A DNA stretch of 64,000 nucleotides from the NCBI GenBank assembly GCA_002269645.1, contig NIVC01000278.1:62001-126000 (forward strand), written 5' to 3'. This DNA comes from Macrostomum lignano. Lineage: Eukaryota. The position numbers were made by a program, and so were the translations under genes. Shown here piece after piece: positions 25,788 through 38,800 of this stretch. The notes under the pieces were generated by a model. The model made no database searches. It was not told the DNA's origin and saw only the letters and a list, made by a program, of their open reading frames with translations. How positions within the stretch are numbered: position 1 is the stretch's first letter; each line of letters begins with the position of its first letter.

Positions 25788-27448
25788 CTCGCTCCACCTG
25801 CATCCAGCAGCCGCAGCACCTGCCGCTGCTCAAATCGCTGTGCCACCTGCGCACACGTCAGACCCCGACCGTCTCGATGACTCGCATCCGCTCCTCTGTC
25901 CATCAGAGCCTTGGCTGCTCGCACGTGACCGGCTTCGCACGCTCGTGACAGAGCAGTCCGACCCTGACTGTCTTCAGCACGCACTGACGCACCGAGATCG
26001 ATGAGTTTCTCAATGAGCTCGTGATGACCCGCATCAGCCGCCAGCATGAGAGCAGTGGCTCCAGTGCTGTCTGGCCGATCGACATGTTCTGCGCTGACTC
26101 GCTCATCATTGATCAGCGTGACAGCAAGAGCGACGTGTCTTTGAGAGATGGAGAGATGGACCAGCTGTGTGATGTGAGCTGGCTGCATTCGAGAGAGGGT
26201 GTCGGTGAGAACAGAGTTCTTGCCTTCGATGGCCATTGCTGCAGTGAAGCTGAGGATAGTGCTGGATTGGAAGAGCCAGTTGGGCTTGAGGCCGAGGAAG
26301 GCAACGACATCGTCACGAAGACGAGAGCAAGCCGTGACTGCGCATCGGAAACGGAGATTCGCTCTCTGATCCGGACTTGAGAGACACGAGATGAGGAACT
26401 TGATGACTTCTAAGTGACCATTGTATGCAGCAGATGTCGCTGCTTGAATGCAGCACTGATCTCTGTTTTTTTGGTCAGAGACTGTTTGCACCAGTAACTT
26501 CACCACTTCTAACTGACCCTTGAATGCAGCAAGTTTTGCTGGTTCCATGCAGCACTGGTCTCTGTTAGATTGGTCAGCGACTGTCTGCACCAGTAACTTC
26601 ACCACTTCCCACTGACCCTTGCTTGCAGCATATGTCGCTGGCTCCATGCAGCACTGGTCTCTTTTGGTTTCATCAGTGACTCTCTGGACCAGAAACGCTA
26701 CCACTTCCCACTGACCCTTGCTTGCAGCAGATTCCGCCGCCTGAATGCAGCACTGATCTCTGGTGGTTTCATCAGCCACTGTCTGGACCAGAAACGTCAC
26801 CACTTCCCACTGATCCTTGCTTGCAGCAGATTCCGCCGCCTGAATGCAGCATTGATCTCTGGTGGTTTCATCAGCCACTGTCTGCACCAGAAATTTAACC
26901 ACTTCTAAATGACCACTGCTTGCAGCAGATTCCCCTGCCTTCATGCAGAAATTATCTCTGGTAGTTTCATCGGCCACTGTCTGCACCAGAAACTTCACCA
27001 CCTCTAAAACACCACTGCTTGCAGCAGATTCCGCTACCTCCATGCAGCACTGGTCTCTTTTGGTTTCATCAGCCACTGTCTGCACCAGAAACGTCACCAC
27101 TTCCCACTCACCTATGCATGCAGCAGATTCCACTACTTCCATGCAACACTGGTCTCTGTTGGTTTCATCAGCAATTGACTGAACCAGAAATTTCAACACT
27201 CTCCATTCATCTTTGATTGCTGCAGTTTTCGCTGCCTCCATGCAGCACTGATCTTTGTTTGTTTCGTCTGCAAATATCCGCACCGCAAACTTCACTGCTT
27301 CCAACTGACCAGACTTTACAGCGAGTTGAATCATTTCTGTGCAAAACTGAGTCCTTTCTTCCTGTCCTGATCGAAGCCGTCGATGGGCTCTCACTGCCCA
27401 GACGATTCCGAAGATGGCGGTTCCATTGACGTCGGGTATCAGGTTCAT
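25788..27448 (-). CDS. Exon 1: ankyrin-repeat region (about 10 atypical 33-aa repeats plus 3 canonical ANK repeats)
   Basis: 554-aa open frame. 99-bp repeats RDQCCxxAAESAASxGxxEVVxFLVQTVADETT, then TGATALMLAA.AGH and QGRTALSRAC.AGH. Donor AG|gtgagc after 25788. Confidence 0.9.
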
Positions 27449-29094
27449 TGTTCTTGTTGCTCAGCTGTTTAGAACTGTAGCCGATGACTCAATTTCCACT
27501 AGTCAATTTCTCAGAAGTGTCTAAAACGGGCGCGAGACTGTCATTCAGAATGCTGTGAGATGGTTGCAGGCATTTTTTCTATGTTTGTCTGAACTGATAA
27601 GTTCTATAAGGCTATAAGGCTGATAAGGCTATAGGAACGAAAAGCGAGGAAGAGAGGCGAGGGAGAGAGGGAAAAAGGGGAGAGAGAGAGGAAGAGAGAG
27701 TGTTAGGGAGAGACAGGAGGGTGAGAGAGGGGAGTGAGATATTAAGAGAGGGGAGATAGAACGGAAGGAGTGAAGGAGGGGAGAAGAGGGAGGGAGAGAA
27801 GGGTGGGAATGAGGGGGAGAGGCAGAAGGGAGAGGGGGTGAGAGATGAAGAGGAGAGAGCTGCTTTGTTGGCATTAGCGTTGAGAAAATATGAGAGTAGT
27901 AGGTGAGAATTAAGGACAACTAAACTAAAGTATATACATTGCATTAGTTGTCTTTGTTGAGAAATTAGACAGGAAAAAAATAAGAATTACTTTTCTGAGT
28001 ATCTACTCTCATCTGCTAAGAACTGCGCAGTCTTAGGGCTGGAAGAATAGTCTGTATATTTTCAAAATATATATTCAAAAGTTACTTTGTGAATCTCACC
28101 TATTTTGCTTTGGCAGTCAGAGTTGCAGATGGTTCAAAAGCTGCTCGAAAGATTTTACTGCTTGTTTTTCTGCGCTGCCACCTTTTAAAAACAAACTGTT
28201 GAGTATTGACCGTCCCGGGCCTTAGCAACCGAAACTTCTCTTCTAAAGTAGAAGCACTGATCGCGGCCACACCTATGTAGCCTCTGTGCCCCCCCCCCCC
28301 CAGTATAACAACGGAGAGGCTGCTGGGCTGTTTGCTAAACTGCGAAAAAGGTCCTTTACCTGTACTCTGCATGTTTAATTCCGTCTCTTTGAAAAAAACG
28401 TACTGGTAGAAACTGCTTTAGCAGAGGGGGGGAGTCTTGGATGTACGATATTCGGTTTGTCTTGTCTGTCTGTGGGGTCTATTCCAGCTAGCTAGCCGTG
28501 CCATTGACTTCCTTTCCTTTTTATTTAATAAAGTAAACAATAGCTAGGTATAATATTATTACTCAAATGGCTGCGCTACCGAAAACACCCCCAATGAGGT
28601 GTAGCTACTCACATTTTGGGTTCATATTGTATTTAGCCACTTGAAGTTGCCGCACAGCTTGCTAAAACTGTGCAGCACGTCCACTGGGTTCTTATTTGTT
28701 TATATACATTGCATGACGATCCTGATTTAACTGCTTGTTGCTAGAAAATGATGTCTATCTTTTCTACAATCCTTCCTTCCTTCAATCTAAACGCTTTTCT
28801 GCTTGTCGTAAAGATTGACTTTGCTCACGTGCGCTGTTGCGCATGCGGTGCTTTGCTCTTTCTTTGATGCTTCCATAAAAAAAACCAATGCTTTACTATT
28901 ATTTTGACATTTCTTATTTAGACAATTATTTAGACATTTCTGGAAGCTTTTTTGAATTACATTTATTCTGACATATGACATGAGCTGCATTCAGACAAAA
29001 TGAATAATTACTCTTTGTAGAGTAATTATAGTTGCCAATGCACGACTTACATGTGTATACTAAAGCCGACATTTACTTTTTTATTTGCAAGACT

Positions 29095-29340
29095 TGTTGC
29101 CTAGTCGTAAGAGCGGCAGACTCACGACTTGCAAAGGCCGGAGGTTCGATTCCGATTTGTGTCCTTGAGCAAGACACTTTACTCTGGATTGCTTCAGTTC
29201 ACCCAGCTGTAAAATGGATGCCAGCATTAGCTGGGGTAATATGAGGCTGTGTGTGGCGACCCCCCCAGTCCTTGGACTGAACAGCCGTACGCAGCCTTGA
29301 GATGCCCCGTGCAATAGCTGCGGCTGAGCTGTCGGTTGCA
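29095..29340 (+). mobile_element. tRNA-derived SINE with CORE-like central segment
   Basis: Box B GGTTCGATTCC, then TGTGTCCTTGAGCAAGACACTT and CACCCAGCTGTAAAATGG. A second copy lies in the opposite orientation at about 59665-59835. Confidence 0.75.
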
Positions 29341-29800
29341 CATCTGGCCCAGTTGGAGCAGGTACAACAATTTGTTATTAGCTATTTTTATTATTGAGTA
29401 TTATTAATATTACTCAAATTTCAGAATCAAAATACGAATTTTATCATAATTTAGTGGATATGCTCATTCCATGAACTCCTTAATCTTGTGCTTGTCACGT
29501 GACTCCTCACCGAGTCGATTGCCGCTTTCAATTTGTAGCAGAAAAAACCCATACACGAAGACTAGCATAACTTATTTTCACACCATTTAGCTTTAGTCCT
29601 GGTTTTAACTTAAAAATTATTAACGTGTAAAGAATTCCATTCTGTTTCACAATGACTTCCTGACTCGCCTATTAGATCCGATGAATCATTCAAAAGTTAA
29701 GAGCATATTTTTGACTCAGATGTTACGATCTTCTCAGTGTAATGAACCACGATGTCCAGAGGTCCTTGAAATTTGAACTATCGAAGTTAAGCTTTTGCCA

Positions 29801-30577
29801 TTAGCCACGAACAAAGCCATTATCATTGGCTGCCACCAGACTGGTCGACTTTCCAGCATCAGACAGAAGCATGCGACAGGTGAGCTGAGGTTGCGAGAAG
29901 AAAATTGCATGGCAACCAACTACAGAGCATTTAGTAGCGCAGTGCAGTAGGCTCGAAGCGCGAACAGTTGCAACCGATGGGGACAAGTTTGAGTTGCCCA
30001 TTCCAAGCAGTCGGTCATCTTGTATTTTAATAAAGTGATTTATTTCTGAAATTGAAAGTCATAGTCTTGGGTCATTGTAAAGACGTTGTAGCTCGTAAAA
30101 CCTATCCAGGTATTTTACTCGTAATAGTCCAAAATGATGCAAAAGGTAAAAAATGAGCCACTTAGATTGTTTGTACTTACCCAGCTGGTATTTATTTTGA
30201 TAAATGGAATTTTTACCACTATCTCCGCAGATCTGGTCGGGATTTCCAGTGCATCTCATGCTACATCCGGTCTCAGGTGCGGCGCCATGTCGACCGAACT
30301 CATTGCCGCAGAAGCACTGCGAGCGGTACTGCACTCCAAAGTACTTGAAGTTGAAGAGCGAGCAGATGCGGCTGCAGAACTCCAGAGAATTGATCCCAGG
30401 AGCTGACAGGACACCGCCTGTGCCGATAGAGTAGCCTTCGACAGATCCTTTTCCGGCTAGTCCGTTGAGGTCCCTGCCGGGCCCGGGGTCCCTGTAGCAA
30501 CCGATGTAACTGAAGCCAACCAGCATTGCGGCAGCGCAGCCGTGGAACGGGAGCAGCAAAAATGAAACGAAGCGCAT
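29801..30577 (-). CDS. Secreted WSC-domain protein with C-terminal PAN/Apple-like Cys module, 2 exons, about 204 aa
   Basis: Exons 30577-30181 and 30018-29801, phase 1 compatible. Hydrophobic signal peptide; WSC pattern YIGCY..C...C..FKYFGVQY..QCFCG..C...C.G...CG; second exon CATKC....C.A.FF.....C. Confidence 0.85.
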
Positions 30578-31817
30578 TTTCGAATACAGCTAGGATTCTG
30601 CATGTAGCTCTCTCGCGGCAGCTCATTGCCGAGGGGAATTATATGTACATGTAGACCTAAACAGCAAGAGAAGTTGATTTTTTTGGGAAAAAAATTCCCA
30701 AGGAATCAAATTCACTGCACCTGGTGCTTCTGAATTGTCAGACGGTGAAGACAATGGCGTTTCAACAAGCAATCATTAGCGAGCATTGGAATGGCTTCTG
30801 TAACCGTATCCAGCTGCCAAACACCTGCTGCAGTTAATGAGAGCTTGAGAAATTGTTTGCGAATTTAGCGCGAGAGTTGTTTGAGTAGAAATAAGGAATG
30901 CATAGATGGATGCGTGTAAGAACTGAATCTTGAAACCTTCTGTCTGAGCTTGAGCTGCAATTAAAGCCAATGTAAAAAATCAAATAGAAGTTAATCGGTA
31001 AAAAACATTCGGCTCCAAAGCTTCGTTTCAGCATCATTAGCTTTAGCATTAAGGGCGTTAGCATCTCATCGCTTTCCTCACTTCTTTTCTTCCTTTTCTT
31101 CACTTCCTCTTTCGATTATAAGCACCCACCCACTTTCCTGCTCCCCAATTACGGACGTGCGTCACACACCTTGACTGGATTTTTATTAACTGCTCTATAA
31201 ACTGCTAAAACAAGATCCGTAACGTAAAAAATCCACCTAAACTGTGTATTTTTCTGTTTACAATTCCTCATGATCATCTGCCTGCAAATCGATCTGCGCT
31301 AGTACATGTAGTACATGTAGACAAAATTTAAAACCTTCCATGTGTAAATTCTCTTTTATCCAAAACTTGGCCCACAAAATTCATGAGCGGGCCCCTAGCC
31401 TGATGAGTCTTTCATCTTCCTGTCGAGTCTGCGAATTTATATGTATATTAACACATACATGTACAAATGCATTTTATTCAGACATATACATGTAAAATGC
31501 AGATCCATAGCTCCAACTTTTCTGATTGATACTAACCTTATCCTCACGCCTCTATGTACATGTACAACTTGACATTTATCGTTTTTGCTTTATACGGCAA
31601 ATATTAAATTCACGCAAAATTATGTTAATATTATAGATTTATAATAGAAAATGTTCGCATATGTGTAGATTACAATGCAAATACTTGCATGCATTCAGTT
31701 AATTAACAAATAGTTCTTTCAAAATACGATAAAGGACCAAGAATATGTCCTATTTATATTATTACTTACTCGGCCAAGCCGGCTGTCTTGTCTGAGCTAC
31801 TGTACTTTATTACAAAT

Positions 31818-31905
31818 ACCCGTAGGAGTGACAGCAGTGAACCCGTAGGAGTGACAGCAGTGAACCCTTAGGAGTGACAGCAGTGAACCCGTAGGAGTGA
31901 CAGCA
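31818..31905. repeat. 23-bp tandem repeat, about 4 copies
   Basis: Unit GTAGGAGTGACAGCAGTGAACCC. Confidence 0.9.
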
Positions 31906-32818
31906 TACTAAGCTAGCTATACTACGCTTTACTACTATATATACTACGCATTTGAGTTGATAGTCGTCTAGTAGGAAGAGATCCATTTGGTCCGGCCAGC
32001 CGGCGGGCCGCGGTCGGTCCACTTAGCTTTAGATTATACACAAGATTAGAAATAAGACTCCGTTTTTAATCGAATGCTAATCTCGAGTATTGTATTTTGC
32101 TAAAACTATTTTCTCGGTATTAAAAAAATTTAAGAACATTTTCTATGCGTATAACAAAAGTTGCAAAATACATGACTTTTTTTTAGCTTTTCTATTGTAG
32201 AAACTCGTAGCCAGTAATAATTGTTTAGTTTCTTAGCATAAACTTTTAAAGGGACAAAACTTTTTGTTGCATCTTTTTAACTACTACAAAAAACATATTT
32301 CTTAGAAATCTACAGATCGACCTCATTTGAGCTCGTCAAGGATTTTACTGGCGTCCTAAATTCAAAATAATTATCATTATCTTACCTAACCTAATTGGTT
32401 TATTCAAAATATTAGCCGTTTTAAATTTCTTTAGGTCCTGAAAATTTTAGTAGGCTAGTGCCGCTAGTACAGCTAGCAGTCTTCTTAGTAATTGGTCTTC
32501 GACTCTTCGTCTTGATTGTTGACTTCACTGTTGAGTGTTGACGTCATTGTGGATTCCTAGCCCTAGTCCGACCAGCCCTATTTATTAATTGTTATATTCA
32601 CTTTTAACCGTGGAAATAACGTTAGCGTAGTAATCCTTTAATATTAAATTTAGTCTTCATGGCATTTTTGTCATGATTTCATATGACGCCATATTATCTA
32701 TCTCTAACTGGATGTGCGTTAATGCAAATGCAAATAAGGCCTAACATGCCATTGAAATGTATGCATTGTTTATTAATGTGCTGCTAAGTGTTGTTATTGT
32801 TTCCCTGCTCTTTGTACT

Positions 32819-35800
32819 ATGGGAGCACAAAACACTAAAGCTGATGGTCTAGCCAAGAAAGACAAAAGATTACAATTGATTGGAGCTGGTGGAAATTATG
32901 GTCCCGGAATTGGGAATACAATTTCTAATTCAAGTCAAGGAAGTAGTATTATTAAAAGTGCCAGTAGTAGTGAAGGTAAGTGAAGAGTAATCTATTGCAA
33001 TAATAAGAATTGTTTTTATTTTTTAAAAACTATTTTTTTACCTAATTAATATGTTGATTAGAATGTATACAAAAAGTGGTATTCTATTTTTGATAGCTAT
33101 TATCAAATATTTCAGGTTTAAGTACTTTGTCTAAATGTCTAGCTAGGCTATTCATTATTTTCCAATTATCTACATTGTCACTTTTCTATTTTTTTGTCAA
33201 CTATGTAGACAAGTTTGCCATAGTTTGCATGGTTGATAGTCATTTTGTCTACTGCTAGTTGCAGTTTGTCTACCACCCCTTTGTCTCATACATATGCAAT
33301 AGTGATAGACTGAATGTAGAGTTTTGCAAGTTTCTAAAACCAAATCCAAATGTAAGAAAAGTAAAAGGTAAACAGTGGGAGTAACTATGATACCTTTTTG
33401 TTACAAAAATGCCTCACCATCTAATTAGTAATTGTATTAGTGCTGTACATTAATTTATTGAAAAGATTCAATCTAGCTCGTGATTATACTACATCTATCT
33501 AGTATCTAAATTGAATTGAACTTAATTCTTATATATCTAATCTAATTACTAATTGCTATTAAATTTGTGCAATTTAATAACTTTACTATGTACAGTCTAT
33601 AGTCAGGATGATATACATTACGCTGGAAATTTTATTTTTTTGGTGTACAATTGGCATAAAAAATGAGGCAAAATATATTTGGCATAACACCATAACCTCA
33701 AAATCTTATAAAATCATAAAAACCATAAAACTCATAAGATAAAAGTTTATAACTATTCGTGATTTATAAAAAAATTAAATTCCATGCAAACTAATCGTGT
33801 AATTTTCTAAAAAACTTAAACAAAAAATTGATTTTTGTTGGCATTATCTGTAAGCCAATTTACTTTAAATGAAAACCACACATTTGTTAAATAATTTATT
33901 TGAAGAAAAAGAAATCATTTACTTATAATCTTCAAAAATGTGCAACACACTAAAAAGGTCATTGTGTGTAATAAGATAATAATGATTAAGATATCAATAT
34001 CATTTGTTAGTAGTAATGACTTAAATGAGTAATTTCTGAATATTTTACTTGTTTAATAAATTTTGCAATGGAACAAAAATCAATGCATTTTTGTCATGAT
34101 CTCATATGATGCCATATTATCTATCTCTAACTGTCTCAAAGCTTCAAAGCTCAAAAACAGTTAGCCTAGTTTGAATTATTATTTATTAGAATTCATTTAT
34201 TATGCATTGGACAATATAAAAATACAATATATTCAATTTAAAGAAGCACAAGTATATGTAAGAGTGCACATGTTACTTTATAAAAGAATACCTAAAGTAA
34301 AGTAAAGCTAAAGTAACAAAGGAGGAAATGATATTTCTCCAAAACATTGCAATAAACAAAATAAAAAATACAAATATTATATCTAATTCTAAATCTAAAA
34401 ATTACTTGCAAATTCAAATTATTAAAAATCAACCATAGATTACTTCTAGCCATTTATAAAATATATTTTGCTGCTTATGTTTGAAAATTCATTTTGTCTG
34501 CTGGTAGACAAAAGGATGGCAGATAAAATGACCATGCATCATTTGCATAGCTCATAATTGATATGCAGTCTAATGAAGTAGGCCTAGAAGTAAGAGATGC
34601 AAACAAAAGCAAAGGCAATAAAGTCTTAATTTATGAAGTGGTTGCTTGTACTTTCCTCGATAGCGTCTAGAGGTGGCCTGGTAGGTCTTTGAATCCCACC
34701 GCTGCCACCAGTGAAGTATTTGTAGGTCTCTCTCGGGGTTGTCTCGAGGTGGCCGGGTAGGTCTTTGAATCCCACCGCTGCCACCAGTGAACTATTTGTA
34801 GGTCTCGGCTACTTCCCTGTCAGTCACGTGAGCTGCCTACTTTGAGCTCTTGGTAGACTCTCCCAGGAGGCCTTCTAGCAATTCTTAGTAGCGTTGGTAG
34901 TGCTGCCACCAGCCCGCTCGGATCTTGTCCTTCGATGAGGGAGACTCCGGGCTGAGCGAAATAAACGAGACACGAGAACTCAGCACGCCGTGCAGATTTG
35001 ACAGTTCGTACCGGTGCACACCTCGTCAGCGGTCCTGCCGGGCTCAAGTGCGGGGATGGGGAACTGTGCTAGTCTCTGTTAGTTTGGTTGGGCTTTAACA
35101 CACTCAAAGACACACAGTCGAAGATGGATCAGAAATCAGATAGGTTGACTAAGGCCTAGCGCAAGCTGCGCTGGACTTCCAAGAGAGCAGTTATTAGAAG
35201 AGTTAACTCACAGGTAAACGAGAGGTTTCACAGAGGGTCGGGCGGTAGCCAAACAGAGGCACGAGAGGCCCGTACTTATAGGGTAGCGGATCGATTTCAC
35301 CATACCGTGCAACACCCCATTGCACCAGAGTGCGCAAGGCCGCTCTCACTGCCCCCAATCTGGCGTGAATCAGTTCTATTTTTAGAAACAGGCGCGGAAC
35401 CCTCAATTTGAGAGGCAAGGACGCCATTCCTAATTTAGAGCCTGACACCCGAGATTGCACAAGGCAGCGCAAGAAAAGGACAGAGCGCCGGGGCACGTGA
35501 TCTGCTCCCGTACGGCCAGACAGAGAGAGTACAGCCAGAATGGGCTGGACTCGAGCCAAGAGAACGCAGCCACACAAAAAGGGGGGATGGAGACAGACAA
35601 AGAAAGAAACAAGGACAGGCTGAGCGGAGAAGCTCAGACGCTGGGAATGCAAACGAACCGGAAAAGGGGAACAAAAGGGAGCGCAGGCAGACAAAGGACA
35701 ACGAGGGAGGGAGAGGGAGAGAGAGGAGCGGGAGAGGGAGAGGGAGAGGGAGAGAGGGAGAGCTGCGGCCAGCGGCAGCCAACAGCTCAGAAGGGCGCAG

Positions 35801-38800
35801 GGCACAGCTGACAAAGGGGGCACCTAACACTAAACTAGTGCTCACTTCATTTATATGTATGTAAAAACTAATTAATAATTTATATTTTTGGTTGAGTTAA
35901 ATTTATTAAAACTTGTTCAAATTGAAATTGATCAAGATTGGGATCTTACAACTTATAGTATGATGTTCACATAGAAAATTGTTTTCATTGTTTTTTTAAT
36001 TTTATTGTATCTTGTATTTTATTATATTTGTACATGGTAGACTACTGACTAGTGTGCATTGTTGTCTCTTATCTAGTCAATCTAGTGCAAAGATATTGCA
36101 GCAATAAATTATCTACTGATATAGTGACAGTAAAGTTAAGAATTATCATAATTGTCATGATTGATAATTGATGACAATTGTCATGTCTTATGGATACCTA
36201 AAAAACAATACTACAATAACATAACTTGATTCATTGGTTTTTTGAATCTATTATTTTTGTGAAGTAAAATAGCTATATATATTATACTATGTTAAATAAT
36301 TTACTATCCCTAGTTGATGAATTTACTATATAGCTAAGCAGTTGACAAAAAAGTTGATATGTTTCCAACACATACATGTATGCTAGAATATTCTAGAAAT
36401 TTGCTAAAAATTTCTTGGTATACCAAAGAATCTGACAATGCCTGGCATACATTATTGGCATATAAGGGGGCCTGACAAGTATCTAGTCAATCTAGCAATA
36501 GGATGATCTAGACAGACAATCCGGTGATAGTCAAAATGTTAACAGTCAATTCAGTGACAAGGTGTAATAAAAAGCTACTATATATAAATTAGCTATTGGC
36601 ATTTAAATAGATTAAATAGCTTTGATTGTTATAATTTCTATAATTGCTATTATTGTTATTATAATTAACATTATTTATTTTTAATAGAACATATACAAAC
36701 ATACTTTTAAGGATTAGAATTTAGCAGTTCGAAATACACGGGTTTCAATAGCTTGTTTTATTATAATGATGATATTGCATTATTGTTTTAAGGAATTTAA
36801 AAAATGGGAAACTGCATTAAATTGATGCATTCTTTTTTTCACTAAAGGCTGCACACTACCCAGTTTTATAACCAGACACATTATTATATTAGATTGTTTG
36901 TTGTGTCACCCTAAATTATGCTAGAAATTTGCCATAATATACTGTTTTTATTCAAAAAGATACTAGCCATTATAAAAAGAAATTTTTTTATATATAAAAT
37001 TAAAAACTATACTTTAGCTTCTAGTCAATCTATCTAGTCAATCTAGATGATCTAACAACAGACAATCCAATGACATTTTATATAGTAGATTTTATGATTT
37101 TAGATACAAGCAAAACTTACATTGCCTAATATACCCCCTGGTATAAAGCTTGGTATACAATCATAGAGATTGCCAAGACAGCAGATAGGACAAAGTTCTA
37201 AGTCCCAACCAATGTAATATAATTAGCATACAAAAATGACCAAGTTTTAATTTGACATACATAGGTAAAGTAGCTAAATTTTAATTTTAAATTAAAAAAA
37301 ATAATAGCTCCCAAAGATTAAAATAAAAATTTATTAAAAAATCATGTTTAACTTTTCTAAGAAGTTAAAAGTAAAACAGAAATAAATAAACTAAACTAAT
37401 TCACTATGGTTCATTGAAATAAGTTTTTATTTATCTTTTTTGCTAAGATTAAAAATTCACAAACCTAAAATTTTGGTTGTCATTTTTTCATTTTCTTCTT
37501 TGACATATTTTTGTGCAATATGTTGGCATAAATTGGCATACAAGAGCTAGGGAAGCAAATTTCATTCTGGCATACACTAGTATATGATCTTGACATTGGA
37601 ATTTATGTTGGGGGGGGTAAATTAATAAATTTTTATCACTTATACCTGACTTACTAGAGGCTTAGGCCTAAACTGCCTATGTTGCACATTTGGCATAATG
37701 TACTAGGGAGAAGGGGGATCATAAGGGATATTGTCATTTTGGTAGAAAAAAATGTGGTGAAGGACATAATGGCAAAAGTTAGATATTATTAGTCATTTTG
37801 GCCAAAGGGGTTTACAAATGAGAACCTCATAAATAATTGACCAACAAAATCATGTTAATTTGTCATATTTGTATAAAATTTGCAGAAATTGCATATTCGC
37901 CCTTTGTTGTTTAAATACTTAAGTTTTTCTTGGGCTATTTCTTTGTGTATTATAAATGTATATAAGTATCATATTGTATAAACATTTTAGATGCTATATT
38001 TGTTTAAATGAACAAGTAATTATTGTGTATAGCCTCAAAACAGTTCAATTTTCTGTTTTCTATTCATTTGTAAAGCAAGTGAGGCTGGGTCACTTAGATC
38101 TTTGGTTTGTTCATTGGTACTTGACACCAATGTAAATTGGGGACAGTGTCACAGTTTTAAGTTTGCACATTCAAACTAGAAAATCTTGTGCAGTAAAACT
38201 TGTCAAATCTACCAGGCTACTTTGTCTACTGTTAGAGTCATGTCACAAACAAATGTGGCATTAATAGCCATTTACATGTAAAAATCATCACACATGTGCA
38301 GCAAATGGTCTTTTTGTTTACACCAAGTACAATTTCAAATTCTAATATATAAGTTTGGCTTTTGCTAAAGTGTCTTTTTGCTAATGTGACTGACACTGAA
38401 TGGTAGCAATCCATGAATATGGCATAAAAACTATCTTAATGACAACTTTGTATGAGAGTTATTTATTTCAAAATAAATAACTTTTAAAAGAAAATCATTT
38501 TGAAAAAGCTTGTCACATTCTTAGTTTGTACTATTTGGTACATGATTGAAAATGTTTTTTATTATTACTTTTACCTACAATGCAATCAATACAAGTTATA
38601 GTATGATGGACATTAAAATTTTTATTTTTTTTATGTCTGTACTTCCAATATGCCACCATGTTTCCCGACCTAAAAAGCTACAAAGTAGGCAAAAGCTACA
38701 TGAAAAAATATATCAAATCAACTCTCTAGATGGCTGGTCAGCAAATGCGGCCACCGCAATTGGTGCTGCACCAAGTGGCTCACCACTACAGCAACAACAA

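Noticed and set aside
29095-29160. tRNA gene
   Set aside because: It has a box B but poor stem pairing and continues into a SINE body that recurs at about 59.7 kb.
31395-31450. Hammerhead ribozyme core (CTGATGAG)
   Set aside because: No stem II followed by GAAA could be formed.
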